51,971 nucleotides of DNA from Gemmatimonadota bacterium (GTDB taxonomy: Bacteria > Gemmatimonadota > Gemmatimonadetes > Gemmatimonadales > GWC2-71-9): the NCBI GenBank assembly GCA_046729675.1, contig JBKPGZ010000223.1:1-51971 (forward strand). Direction: 5' to 3'. A model generated the notes under the pieces. The model was not told the DNA's origin, made no database searches, and saw only the letters and a program-made list of their open reading frames with translations. Made by a program: the position numbers and the translations under genes. This document shows, piece after piece, positions 28,269-37,122 of this stretch (position 1 is its first letter; each line of letters opens with the position of its first letter).

Positions 28269-30302
28269 ATGACCCTGCTGGGTGAGTTCTGCCTCTGGCT
28301 GGCGCTGCTGCTCTCGGCCTGGGCGCTGGTGCTGGGTTTCTCCGGGCGCTGGCAGGACCGCCCGGATCTGACGGCCAGCGTGCGCGGCGCGGTGTTCGCC
28401 ACCTTCGGCGCGCTGGCGGTGGCCGCACTTTCGCTGTGGAAGGGACTCGCGAGCCACGACTTCAACATCGAGTACGTGGCCGCATACACTTCGCGGAACC
28501 TGCCCGACGGCTACATCATCTCGGCCCTCTGGGCCGGGCAGAAGGGCTCGCTCCTCTTCTGGGCGGTGGTGCTCTCCCTCTTCGGCACCCTGGCGCAGCT
28601 GCTCACACCCCGCCGCTACGACGCCCTGATGCCGTACGTGGCCGCGGTCACCTCCGCGGTGGTCGCCTTTTTCGTCTGTACCATGCTGTTCGCGGCAAAC
28701 CCCTTCGAGCGGATGGCCTTCACGCCGGCCGACGGGAGAGGGCTCAACCCGCAGCTGCAGAATCCGGGGATGATGATCCATCCCCCCATGCTCTATCTCG
28801 GCTACATCAGCATCACCATCCCGTTCGCCTTCGCCATCGCCGCCCTGCTGTCGCGCAGTCTGGACAGCGGGTGGATCCACGCCATCCGGAAATGGACGCT
28901 GGTGAGCTGGCTCTTCCTCTCCATCGGCATCACGCTGGGCATGTGGTGGGCGTACGTGGAACTGGGCTGGGGTGGCTACTGGGCGTGGGATCCCGTCGAG
29001 AACGCCAGCCTGCTGCCCTGGCTCACGATGACCGCCTTCCTCCATTCGGTGATGATCCAGGAAAAGCGCGGAATGCTGAAGCGGTGGAACCTCGGGCTCA
29101 TCGTGGGGACGTTCCTCCTCAGCATCTTCGGCACTTTCATCACCCGATCGGGCGTGATCGCCAGCGTCCACAGCTTCACCCAGTCCAACGTGGGCTATTT
29201 CTTCCTCGCGTTTCTGGTGGTCTGCGGGATCCTCGCATTCACGCTCCTCTACACCCGTTGGCCCACCCTGAAGGCCGAGGTCCAGCTGGAGTCGGTGGTG
29301 AGCCGCGAGGCGGCCTTCCTCTTCAACAACCTCCTGCTGGTGGGCGTGGCGTTCTCGGTGCTGTGGGGGACGCTCTTCCCGATCCTTTCAGAGCTGGTAA
29401 GGGGCAGCAAGATCACGGTCGGCCCGCCGTTCTTCAACCGGGTGAACGTGCCCCTGGGGCTCCTGCTCCTCGCACTAACCGGCGTCGGCCCGCTGATCGC
29501 CTGGCGCAAGGCGTCTCCCAACAACCTCAAGCGCCAGTTTACCGGACCGGTTGCCGCAGGGGTGGTCACCGCCATCGGGCTCCTCGCCGCGGGCGTCCGG
29601 GGGCTGTATCCCGTGATGGCGCTGAGCCTGGCCGGGTTCGCCGCCGGCACCATCGTTCAGGAGTTCTATCGTGGCGTGAGGGCGCGGCGCCGGATGCACG
29701 GGGAGTCGGCTCTGGTCGCGTTCGGGCGGCTGGTGGCCCGCAACCGGCGGCGGTACGGCGGGTACCTGGTGCACGCCGGGGTCCTGATCTACTTCGTGGC
29801 GTTCTCCGGCATGGCGTTCAAGCGGGAGATCGAGGCGACCCTCAAGCCGGGCGACTCGGTCACCCTGAAGAGCCCGTTCGGGCACACCTACACCTTCACC
29901 CACGTTGGAGTGTCGCAGTTCGAGGCGCTGAATCGGATCGTGAGTGCGGCGACGGTGCAGGTAGCCAAGGACGGGAAGCCGCAGGGACTGATGAGCTCCG
30001 AGAAGCGGCAGCACGTGGACAGCTTCCGGCGCCCGACCTTCGAGCCCTCCACCGAAGTGGGAATCCGAAGCAACCTCCAGGAAGACGTCTACATCACCTA
30101 CGCGGGCTCGATCGGCGGGACGGAGGAGGCGGTGTACCGCTTCACCATCAATCCGCTGGTGTGGTGGGTCTGGTTCGCCGGCTTCGTCCTGGCGTTCGGC
30201 GGACTGGTCACCATGTGGCCGGGCGGCGGTGTGGTGATACCCGCGGCGCGCCGTGCGCCGGTGCGTCCGAGGCTGGCGGAGGCGGGAGCGCTGACCGAGT
30301 GA
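28269..30302 (+). CDS. ccmF: cytochrome c-type biogenesis heme lyase subunit CcmF
   Basis: 677 aa from ATG 28269, 4 nt after the ccmE stop. Polytopic, with WWD-type motif WGGYWAWDPVENASLLPWL and conserved His-containing loops. Confidence 0.9.
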   Translation: MTLLGEFCLWLALLLSAWALVLGFSGRWQDRPDLTASVRGAVFATFGALAVAALSLWKGLASHDFNIEYVAAYTSRNLPDGYIISALWAGQKGSLLFWAVVLSLFGTLAQLLTPRRYDALMPYVAAVTSAVVAFFVCTMLFAANPFERMAFTPADGRGLNPQLQNPGMMIHPPMLYLGYISITIPFAFAIAALLSRSLDSGWIHAIRKWTLVSWLFLSIGITLGMWWAYVELGWGGYWAWDPVENASLLPWLTMTAFLHSVMIQEKRGMLKRWNLGLIVGTFLLSIFGTFITRSGVIASVHSFTQSNVGYFFLAFLVVCGILAFTLLYTRWPTLKAEVQLESVVSREAAFLFNNLLLVGVAFSVLWGTLFPILSELVRGSKITVGPPFFNRVNVPLGLLLLALTGVGPLIAWRKASPNNLKRQFTGPVAAGVVTAIGLLAAGVRGLYPVMALSLAGFAAGTIVQEFYRGVRARRRMHGESALVAFGRLVARNRRRYGGYLVHAGVLIYFVAFSGMAFKREIEATLKPGDSVTLKSPFGHTYTFTHVGVSQFEALNRIVSAATVQVAKDGKPQGLMSSEKRQHVDSFRRPTFEPSTEVGIRSNLQEDVYITYAGSIGGTEEAVYRFTINPLVWWVWFAGFVLAFGGLVTMWPGGGVVIPAARRAPVRPRLAEAGALTE

Positions 30303-30916
30303 GCGACTGTTCCCGTCGTTCGTTCGTCGCAGGGCTCGGCGCCGCGGCACTGCTTCCGCTTCAGCAGGCAAAGGGGCCGCTCGCCGGCCAGGGCGAAGTG
30401 GGCACCTTGCGCGACCCTGGTGCCGCGGGGCGCCCGCGCGCACCTACCGAGATCGCCGATTACGACGAACGGATCAAGGTCATCGAGCAGCGGCTGGCCT
30501 GCAGCTGCGGCTGTACCCTGGACATCTTCACCTGCCGCACCACCGACTTCACCTGCACCTATTCGCCCCAGCTGCACCGCGAGGTTGTCGAGCTCGATCG
30601 GGCAGGGAAGACCGCACAGGAGATCCTGGACGCGTTCGTGGCCAAGTACGGCGAGAAGGCGCTCATGGCCCCGAAGCCGGAGGGGTTCAACCTGTGGGGC
30701 TACCTCCTGCCGGGCTCGGCGATCCTGCTTGCCGGAGGAGCGCTCGCCGCATTCATCTCGCGCCGGCGGGTGGCGGTGGCGACGGCGACCGGAGTCGGCA
30801 CCGCCTCCGGGCGGAGCGACATCCCGGCGCGGGCGCCTGACGCGTCTCCGTCCGTGAACGCCACGCCTGAGGAGATGGAGCGCCTCAGGCGTGCGCTGGC
30901 CGAGGTCGAGGACTGA
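30299..30916 (+). CDS. ccmH: CcmH/NrfF-like protein with twin-arginine signal and CxCxC motif
   Basis: GTG 30299 overlaps the ccmF TGA. SRRSFVAGLGAAALL is a Tat-like signal. RLACSCGCTLDIFTC...EILDAFVAKYGEKALMAPK plus a C-terminal TM aligns by eye with CcmH (LRCxxC ... YG ... TM). Confidence 0.7.
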   Translation: MSDCSRRSFVAGLGAAALLPLQQAKGPLAGQGEVGTLRDPGAAGRPRAPTEIADYDERIKVIEQRLACSCGCTLDIFTCRTTDFTCTYSPQLHREVVELDRAGKTAQEILDAFVAKYGEKALMAPKPEGFNLWGYLLPGSAILLAGGALAAFISRRRVAVATATGVGTASGRSDIPARAPDASPSVNATPEEMERLRRALAEVED

Positions 30917-31431
30917 TGCTGCTCGCGGAGACGGTCGCTGCCGCCCTGGTGGGCCTGCTCGCGCTCTTCGTGGTCCTGCGGCCGCTCATCTGGCCCGCGC
31001 CTCCCACGGAGCCGGTCTACGAGCCGGTCGAGCAGGAGGAGACGCCAAGGGGCGTCGCGCTTCTGGCCCTCAAGGAGATCGAGTTCGACCGGGAGACCGG
31101 CAAGCTGTCCGAGGAGGACTACCGGTTCCTGAAGGAGAAATACACCGTAGAGGCCCTCGAGGCCCTCCGCGCCGAGGAGCGGGCGGTGGCACCTGACGAC
31201 GTCGAGGCCCTGATCGCTCATAGGGTCCGCGCCCTTCGCTCCGCTACGGCATCGGCGCCGCCGGGCGCCCGGCTCTGCCCTCCATGTGGACCGCGGCCGG
31301 AGCCGCACGCGGTCTTCTGCTCCACCTGCGGCCGCAGGCTTCCGGCCGCCGCCACCTGTTCGCACTGCGGCACCGCCCTCAGCGCCGACAGCCGGTTCTG
31401 CGAAGGCTGCGGCAGCCGGGTGGCCGCCTAG
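30916..31431 (+). CDS. CcmI N-terminal-like membrane protein fused to a double zinc ribbon
   Basis: ATG overlaps the previous TGA (TGATG). TM AAALVGLLALFVVLRPL. LKEIEFDRETGKLSEEDYRFLKEKY resembles the CcmI/CycH cytoplasmic loop. C-terminus: CPPCG...FCSTCG and CSHCG...FCEGCG. Confidence 0.55.
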   Translation: MLLAETVAAALVGLLALFVVLRPLIWPAPPTEPVYEPVEQEETPRGVALLALKEIEFDRETGKLSEEDYRFLKEKYTVEALEALRAEERAVAPDDVEALIAHRVRALRSATASAPPGARLCPPCGPRPEPHAVFCSTCGRRLPAAATCSHCGTALSADSRFCEGCGSRVAA

Positions 31432-31441
31432 CCGGCGCGCG

Positions 31442-32053
31442 TCAAAGGCCGGTCCGAAGCCCCAAACCGACCAGAAACGTCCACAGGCCTCGCTCCTTCG
31501 CGACCTGGCCCAGGTCCGAGGCCTCGATGGGACTTCCGGAGAGGCCCATGCCGATCCGGTTCTCCAGGTCCACTGCTCCCAAGGGCAAGCGCAGCACCAG
31601 GCGACCCTCCGCCCCGGCCCGCGGCCTGTTGTCTCCGGTGACCGACCAGAGATCCAAAGTTGGGGCCAGCTCAAAGCCGAGCCGGCCCGTGGCAAGGGTC
31701 GTGAGGCGATGACCGACGGCCAGCGAAAGGCGGTATCGGGTCACGTCGGAGGTCAGGTCTCGGACCGACAGGACCTCGTTGCCGATCTCGATCTCCCCTT
31801 CCGCCCAGCCCGCTTCGAGCGCGACATCCCATGGTCCCGCCGTACGCCCGAGGCAGAGGCGGAGCCCGGCCCGGCCGGAGGGGCGTACCTTGGCTGCGGC
31901 GCCCGGTTCGGCATCGCTGACCGCCACGTGCCCGAAGTGCAAGGCATCAACGCCGCCGCCCAGGTGCCAGCCGTCTTCCACGGCGGGCGCCTGGGCAGCG
32001 GTGGGCGGAGCGGCCGCCAGGAGGGAGGCGAGGAGGGAAAAGCTCAACCGCAT
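31442..32053 (-). CDS. small secreted protein, possibly an outer-membrane beta-barrel
   Basis: ATG 32053 verified. Signal MRLSFSLLASLLAAAPPTAAQAP, then alternating beta-strand-like segments (RLSLAVGHRL, RLGFELAPTLDLW, RLVLRLPLG). Confidence 0.45.
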   Translation of the reverse strand: MRLSFSLLASLLAAAPPTAAQAPAVEDGWHLGGGVDALHFGHVAVSDAEPGAAAKVRPSGRAGLRLCLGRTAGPWDVALEAGWAEGEIEIGNEVLSVRDLTSDVTRYRLSLAVGHRLTTLATGRLGFELAPTLDLWSVTGDNRPRAGAEGRLVLRLPLGAVDLENRIGMGLSGSPIEASDLGQVAKERGLWTFLVGLGLRTGL

Positions 32054-32125
32054 GTCCGGTGCGCTCGATGATGGATGCTCAAGATGAGCCGGAACCGTCA
32101 ACCGATCGTCAAGCGCACCCGGATC

Positions 32126-33304
32126 CTATTTCATGACCAGCTTGACCCAAGCGTTGGTCTTGTTGCCGTCGCCTTTGATTACCCAGTTGGCGTTGGGGTA
32201 CACCTCGCCTACCACCGCACTCTCCACCGCGTTGCCGATCAGCTCATCGTTGGTCTTGATGACGGATGCCAGTGCCTTGATGATCCGCTGAATGGCGTTG
32301 GCCTTCTTGAAGATCTTGAGCGTCCCATTGGTGGTATCCCTGCCGCCGGTCATGAGGGGATAGGCGGCCTCGACCGCCTTGACCAGGTTGGCGAACCGAG
32401 CCGGATCCACCTTGATCTGGCACGGCGTGTCGTCGTCTTCCACCAGGAAGACCCGCAGGTTCTGGTTGGGGTGGGACGTCTTGTAATTGGTGAGGTTGGT
32501 CTGGGTCATCAGGAGGACACTGCCGCTCCAGTCCAACGAGTTCTGGTCGAAGTAGTAGTAGCCGGCCGCCGGCTGCGCCGCGCAGGAGTACGTCGTCAGC
32601 GAATCGGTCGCACCCGCCTGCCCCAGCATGTGCACCTCGATCTCGGGGGCGCCCTTGACCCAGCTTTCGAAGGTCTCAACCAGATGCGAGTTGGTCATGT
32701 ACAGCCCGGCTGGCGGCGTGGATGTTCCACCGCCCTCCCCGAGAAAGCCGGCCACGCGCCCGACGCTATCGAAATCCGTTTCCGCCGGCACCAGCGCCAG
32801 GACCGGGATGTCCGGCGGAGCGTTCCGGTCGAGCACGAGGCGCTCGCCCGAGGGTGAGAAGGCGATTGGCGCTTCGCGTTCATCGGCCGTGGTGGCGACC
32901 AGGATGCGCTTGTCACCCGTCCAGGCCGCGCGATGCGCCGGTACCGGAAGGTAGAGCTCCAGCGCCGGCGCCCGGGCCGCGTCAACGGAGACCGCACCGC
33001 CAGCTTCGCCCGAGGCCTGCGCCAGCGCGATCGTGGCTCTGGCGTGCGAGGCGGCGAGATACCGCTGGAAGTGGATTTTGCCCTCGCGCACAGGCGAGCG
33101 GTCGAGGTCCCGCTTGAGCTGGGCGCGGAACCGCTCGTCGCGGAGCGCGAGGGCAATGCGATGGGCCAGCCGCTCTCTCGCGGTGGTGGGAGTGTCGCGG
33201 CTGATCGGCGGCTGGTCGGATGAGGGCTCGGGACTGGTGCGGTCGGTACAGGCGGCCGCGGCCAGGACGACGGCGAGCACCAGTGGACGACGGGTGCGGA
33301 ACAT
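32126..33304 (-). CDS. lipoprotein, unknown function (compositionally atypical 3' half)
   Basis: 392 aa. ATG with AGGAGG upstream. MFRTRRPLVLAVVLAAAACTDR lipobox-like signal. The C-terminal third is Lys/Asn-rich, and its DNA is visibly less GC-rich than the surroundings. Confidence 0.6.
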   Translation of the reverse strand: MFRTRRPLVLAVVLAAAACTDRTSPEPSSDQPPISRDTPTTARERLAHRIALALRDERFRAQLKRDLDRSPVREGKIHFQRYLAASHARATIALAQASGEAGGAVSVDAARAPALELYLPVPAHRAAWTGDKRILVATTADEREAPIAFSPSGERLVLDRNAPPDIPVLALVPAETDFDSVGRVAGFLGEGGGTSTPPAGLYMTNSHLVETFESWVKGAPEIEVHMLGQAGATDSLTTYSCAAQPAAGYYYFDQNSLDWSGSVLLMTQTNLTNYKTSHPNQNLRVFLVEDDDTPCQIKVDPARFANLVKAVEAAYPLMTGGRDTTNGTLKIFKKANAIQRIIKALASVIKTNDELIGNAVESAVVGEVYPNANWVIKGDGNKTNAWVKLVMK

Positions 33305-33463
33305 GGGTCCTCCTTGGGTGGATCGCGCGCGAGTGCCGCGCGGGGTTCCGAAGGCGGGCCCAAGGTAGGCCGTGCGTTGTCGTGTCCCGGGACCGGGTTT
33401 ATGCGGGGGAGAACCGGAAAGAGCGAGGGCGGGGCCCCGGGCGCGGCCCCGAAAAGAGGAGGT

Positions 33464-34281
33464 TTACCGCGCGGTCGGCGGGACCAGCGCCACGATGCGA
33501 AGCGGTCCGCCGCTTCCGCCCTTGATCTTCATCGGAAGCGCGACGACGAACGCGCCGGTCGTGGGCAGGCGCTCGAGCCCCGCCACGTTCTCGAAAGCCG
33601 GGATGTTCTCGCCCATCAGGATCTGGTGGGTATCGAAGGTCTTCGATTGTCCGTAATCGATGCTCGGCGTGTCGATGCCCACCGACCTCACCCGCCGCTC
33701 GGCCGCGAGCCATCGGGCCGCGGCCGAGTCGATGCCGGGGAAATGGAGCTCCGCGACGCCGGCTTGGCCGGTCTTCGCCGTGCCGAGGTACCGGCTCTTG
33801 TCGGGCCAGCGGCTGGACCAGCCGGTGCGGACCAGCACGATGGAGGAGTCCGGAATCCGGCCGTTCGCGCGCTCCCACTCTTCCAGCGCAGCGCGATCCA
33901 GGCCGTAGTCGGCATCCGCGTCGGCCCGCTGGGTCACATCCACCACCACCGCCGGCCCGATCAGGCGCTCCAGCGGCACCTGGTCGGTCGTATTGCGTCC
34001 CTCGGCGAAATGGATCGGCGAGTCGAGGTGCGTGCCGCCGTGCTCAGAGGCGGAATAGTCGTTGGACGCGTAGTAGAAACCCGCGGGCGTCCGCTGCGCC
34101 GACACCGCCTTGAGGGAAAGGGCGTCGCGGTCGGCCACTAGATCGTCTCCTCCGAGAAGTCGTGGGAGAGGTCCACCCAGGTGCCCGGGCCGATCCCATC
34201 GGCATGTGAGTCGGTGCCGGTGGAGCGTTCCTGCCCCTGGCGGGCGAGAACGAAGAGCAGTGCGGGAGCGAATCTGTGCAT
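33464..34281 (-). pseudogene. cyclase family (kynurenine formamidase-like) gene disrupted by an in-frame TAG and a 1-nt frameshift
   Basis: The N-terminal piece MHRFAPALLF...GTWVDLSHDFSEETI ends at TAG 34140-34138, followed in frame by WPTATPF. The remainder (SLKAVSAQ...SEHGGTHLDSPIHF...) is in another frame, and the junction is at TTT 34119-34117. Confidence 0.7.
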
Positions 34282-34347
34282 GCGGCGACCGGGTGAGTGG
34301 GAGGGCCAACATGCCCGACCGCGGCTGCCGCGCAAGACGCCGATGTG

Positions 34348-35409
34348 TCAGCGGCGTGTCGAGCCCTCCACGGCGGCTCGAGCGGCCTCCAGTGCGCGCT
34401 CGATCCCGTCGGCCGGCACATCGAGGTGGGTCACTGCCCGAACGGTGGAAGGTCCGATGACACTGAACCGGACGCCGTGGGAGGCCAGGGTCCGGGCCGC
34501 GAACTGGTCGCCGGTCAGCCCGGTGGCGCGAATGTCGAAGATCACGATGTTGGTCTCGACCCGCGCGGCATCGAGGGCGATCCCCGGCAACTCCGACAGT
34601 CCCTTCGCCAGGCGCCGCGCTCGTACGTGGTCCTCGGCCAGTCGCTCCACATGGTGCTCCAGCGCGTAGAGCCCGGCCGCCGCGATGATCCCGGCCTGCC
34701 GCATGGCCCCGCCGAGACGCAGCTTGTGGATCCACGCCTCTTCGATGAACGCCCGCGAGCCCGCCAGCACCGCGCCGACCGGAGCGCCCAGGCCCTTGGA
34801 GAGGTCGAGCCAGACCGAGTCCACCTGGGCGCCGAATGCGCTCGCGGGAGTGCCCGTGGCGACCACGGCATTCATCAGCCGGGCGCCGTCCATGTGCACC
34901 GCGAGGCCCGCCTCGCGCGCTGCCCCGGCGACTGCCTCTACTTCGGACAAGGGCCAGCAGACGCCACCCACGATGTTGGCCGTCTGCTCGATGGAGACCA
35001 CCCGGCTGCGCGGCATGTAGTAGACCGCGGGACGCACCGCCTCACGCACCTGCGCGGCCGTGAACCGCCCCCGCTCGCCCGCCAGAGGGCGGAATACCGC
35101 TCCGATCAGCGCCGCCGGCCCGCCGGCCTCGTAGAGCAGCGGATGCGCGGTCTCGTGGAGGATGATCTCGTCACCCGCCCGGCAGTGGACCGAGAACGCC
35201 ACCTGGTTGCACATCGTGCCCGACGGCAGGAAGAGCGCAGCCTCCTTGCCCAGCAGCTGGGCGACGGTCTCCTGCAGCAGGTTGACGGTGGGGTCTTCCA
35301 GCTGCTGCTCGTCGCCCACCTCCGCGTCGCACATGAAGCGGCGCATCGCGGCGGTGGGGCGGGTGACGGTGTCGCTGTAGAGGTCCACCGCCGGTGCGGC
35401 GGGACTCAT
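34348..35409 (-). CDS. low-specificity L-threonine aldolase (beta-eliminating lyase family, PLP-dependent)
   Basis: 353 aa, ATG verified. DLYSDTVTRPTAAMRRFM, GDEQQLEDPTVNLLQ, LPSGTMCNQVA and DSVWLDLSKGLGAPVGAVL (PLP lysine context). Confidence 0.85.
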   Translation of the reverse strand: MSPAAPAVDLYSDTVTRPTAAMRRFMCDAEVGDEQQLEDPTVNLLQETVAQLLGKEAALFLPSGTMCNQVAFSVHCRAGDEIILHETAHPLLYEAGGPAALIGAVFRPLAGERGRFTAAQVREAVRPAVYYMPRSRVVSIEQTANIVGGVCWPLSEVEAVAGAAREAGLAVHMDGARLMNAVVATGTPASAFGAQVDSVWLDLSKGLGAPVGAVLAGSRAFIEEAWIHKLRLGGAMRQAGIIAAAGLYALEHHVERLAEDHVRARRLAKGLSELPGIALDAARVETNIVIFDIRATGLTGDQFAARTLASHGVRFSVIGPSTVRAVTHLDVPADGIERALEAARAAVEGSTRR

Positions 35410-37121
35410 TCCACGCCGCCCGAGGCGATCTCCATCCGCTCGATTCTCCGGGCGCTGAGCCGGAGCGGCAGGATCGTCGCGGTGACGAGAATGGCCACCA
35501 CGGCGCCGCCCGTGATCACGAGCCAGGGGGTGACGCCGAGCTTCTCCCCGCGGTGATAGGCTTGGAGCTGCTGGGCCACCGGCTGGGCCTCCAGCATGAT
35601 CACCAGCGCGAGCAGGCTCAGGCTCGCCATCATGTAGACCACTCCGCCGAAGCTGGTCGGGATCTGGGCCGCGTTCTCGGTGCCGAACTGGGGGTAGAAG
35701 ACGCCGAAGGAGAGCGCCAGCGCGCTCGCGGCGAGCGTGTACAGGAGAATCGTTCCCAGGCTCACGGCCATCATGAACACGCCGGCCTGGAGCAGCCAGT
35801 TCGTGAGTGTCGTGATCACCAGCGCGAGCAGCAGCAGGGGCACGGTGCCGGTCCAGTACTTACTCCACAGCATGGCCTGGGGATCCAGCGGGCTGGACCG
35901 AAGCAGCCACATCTGGCGTCCCTCCAGCGAGACCGTCGGAAAGATGAACCGGGCCGCCACGGCGGCCAGCACGAACCCCGCGAGGCCGAGGTTGAGGAAG
36001 GAGATGATGATCACGAGGCTGAAGGGAATTCGCTCGCCGGAGTGGATCGGCAGCGACTTGATGTTGAAGATGTAGATCAGCAGCAGCACGGCCAGCAGGA
36101 TCAGCTGGCTCCACTGGGTGTTGTCGCGGAAGAAGAGGCGCAGGTCCTTGTAGATGAACTCGCGCTTTGCCGCCGGCATGCTCCGCAGCAGGGCGCCCAG
36201 CGGTCCCCGAAGCGGGCGGCGGACCTTGCGCTCGGCGCCCTCCTGGGCCTTGGAGAAGCCCGAGTGGTAGAGCCAGCGGTGCACCAGCGCGCCCAGCGCG
36301 ACCGCCGCGATACCGACGCCCCAGAGCAAGGCGATCGGCTGCGGATCGGCCACCCGAAGAAGCCAGTTCATGACCATGTCGGCCGCCCATTCGCTGGGCA
36401 GCAGCGGGTGGGTCGGCGTGCGCAGCTCGGCCAGGTAGTCCACGAAGTTCTCGAACCCCTCGGGCCGCGCCAGCCGCTCGGGTCGCATGAATCGGAGCAC
36501 CATGACCACAGTCACCAGCGCGCCGAGCCCCACCAGTCCCAGGAGCTCACGGGTCCGGCGGGCGGGGAACACGTTGACCAGGAACATCGTGAGGATGACC
36601 CCGACGACCGCCGGCATCGCCAGGAACGGCACGAACGCCGCCACCGCGACCAGTGGGAAGAGCGGCCCGCCGGAATAGACGATGCCGTAGGCCGTGAAGA
36701 TTGGCAGTGCCAGTAGCGCCACCATCCACGACGAGTGGACCACGGTTTCGATCAGTTTCGCGAGATAGAGGCGCACGCCACCGACCGGTGCCGCCACCAG
36801 GAGATCGAGGTCCTTGGCTAGGAAGTAGGTGGACAGGGCCGTGATGACGTTGGAGAGCAGCAGGATCGACAGCAGCGCCAGCAGGATGACGCCGAGGACC
36901 TTGGTGGCGAGCAGGTCGCCGATGTCCTCCACCCGCTGGATGTAGCTCAGGACCCGGAAGGCGACCCCGAAGATCGCGGCCCAGAAGGCGCCGCCCACCA
37001 AGGTGAACACCAGGACCCGACCCCACGATCCGCGGCGCTCCTGGCGGAGACGGGCGAGCGCGCCGCGCCATTTGGGCGTAAGGAGGGTCCAGATGCCCGG
37101 CTGGGAGGGTGCGACCTCCAC
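35406..37121 (-). CDS. polytopic membrane protein, putative ABC exporter permease
   Basis: 571 aa, GTG start 1 nt after the ATPase stop. At least 10 hydrophobic helices. The stop overlaps the threonine aldolase ATG (ATGA). Confidence 0.65.
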   Translation of the reverse strand: MEVAPSQPGIWTLLTPKWRGALARLRQERRGSWGRVLVFTLVGGAFWAAIFGVAFRVLSYIQRVEDIGDLLATKVLGVILLALLSILLLSNVITALSTYFLAKDLDLLVAAPVGGVRLYLAKLIETVVHSSWMVALLALPIFTAYGIVYSGGPLFPLVAVAAFVPFLAMPAVVGVILTMFLVNVFPARRTRELLGLVGLGALVTVVMVLRFMRPERLARPEGFENFVDYLAELRTPTHPLLPSEWAADMVMNWLLRVADPQPIALLWGVGIAAVALGALVHRWLYHSGFSKAQEGAERKVRRPLRGPLGALLRSMPAAKREFIYKDLRLFFRDNTQWSQLILLAVLLLIYIFNIKSLPIHSGERIPFSLVIIISFLNLGLAGFVLAAVAARFIFPTVSLEGRQMWLLRSSPLDPQAMLWSKYWTGTVPLLLLALVITTLTNWLLQAGVFMMAVSLGTILLYTLAASALALSFGVFYPQFGTENAAQIPTSFGGVVYMMASLSLLALVIMLEAQPVAQQLQAYHRGEKLGVTPWLVITGGAVVAILVTATILPLRLSARRIERMEIASGGVE

Positions 37122-37122
37122 C

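Noticed and set aside
28436-30298. 826-aa ORF (28436-30916) overlapping ccmF in another frame
   Set aside because: Only the last 205 codons (from GTG 30299) look like a real protein (CcmH-like). The upstream part is an Arg/Gly/Pro-rich out-of-frame read of ccmF.
34138-34140. TAG in the cyclase gene as pyrrolysine or programmed read-through
   Set aside because: There is no pyl gene context, TAG is used as a normal stop elsewhere in the window (e.g. ccmE, the MATE gene, the DUF1611 gene), and a second lesion (the frameshift) lies 20 nt downstream.
34282-34735. Long upstream extension of the cyclase ORF (33464-34735, 423 aa)
   Set aside because: It overlaps the 3' end of the threonine aldolase gene and is Arg/Gly/Pro-rich. 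The true N-terminus of the cyclase (MHRFAPALLF...DLSH) is in another frame.
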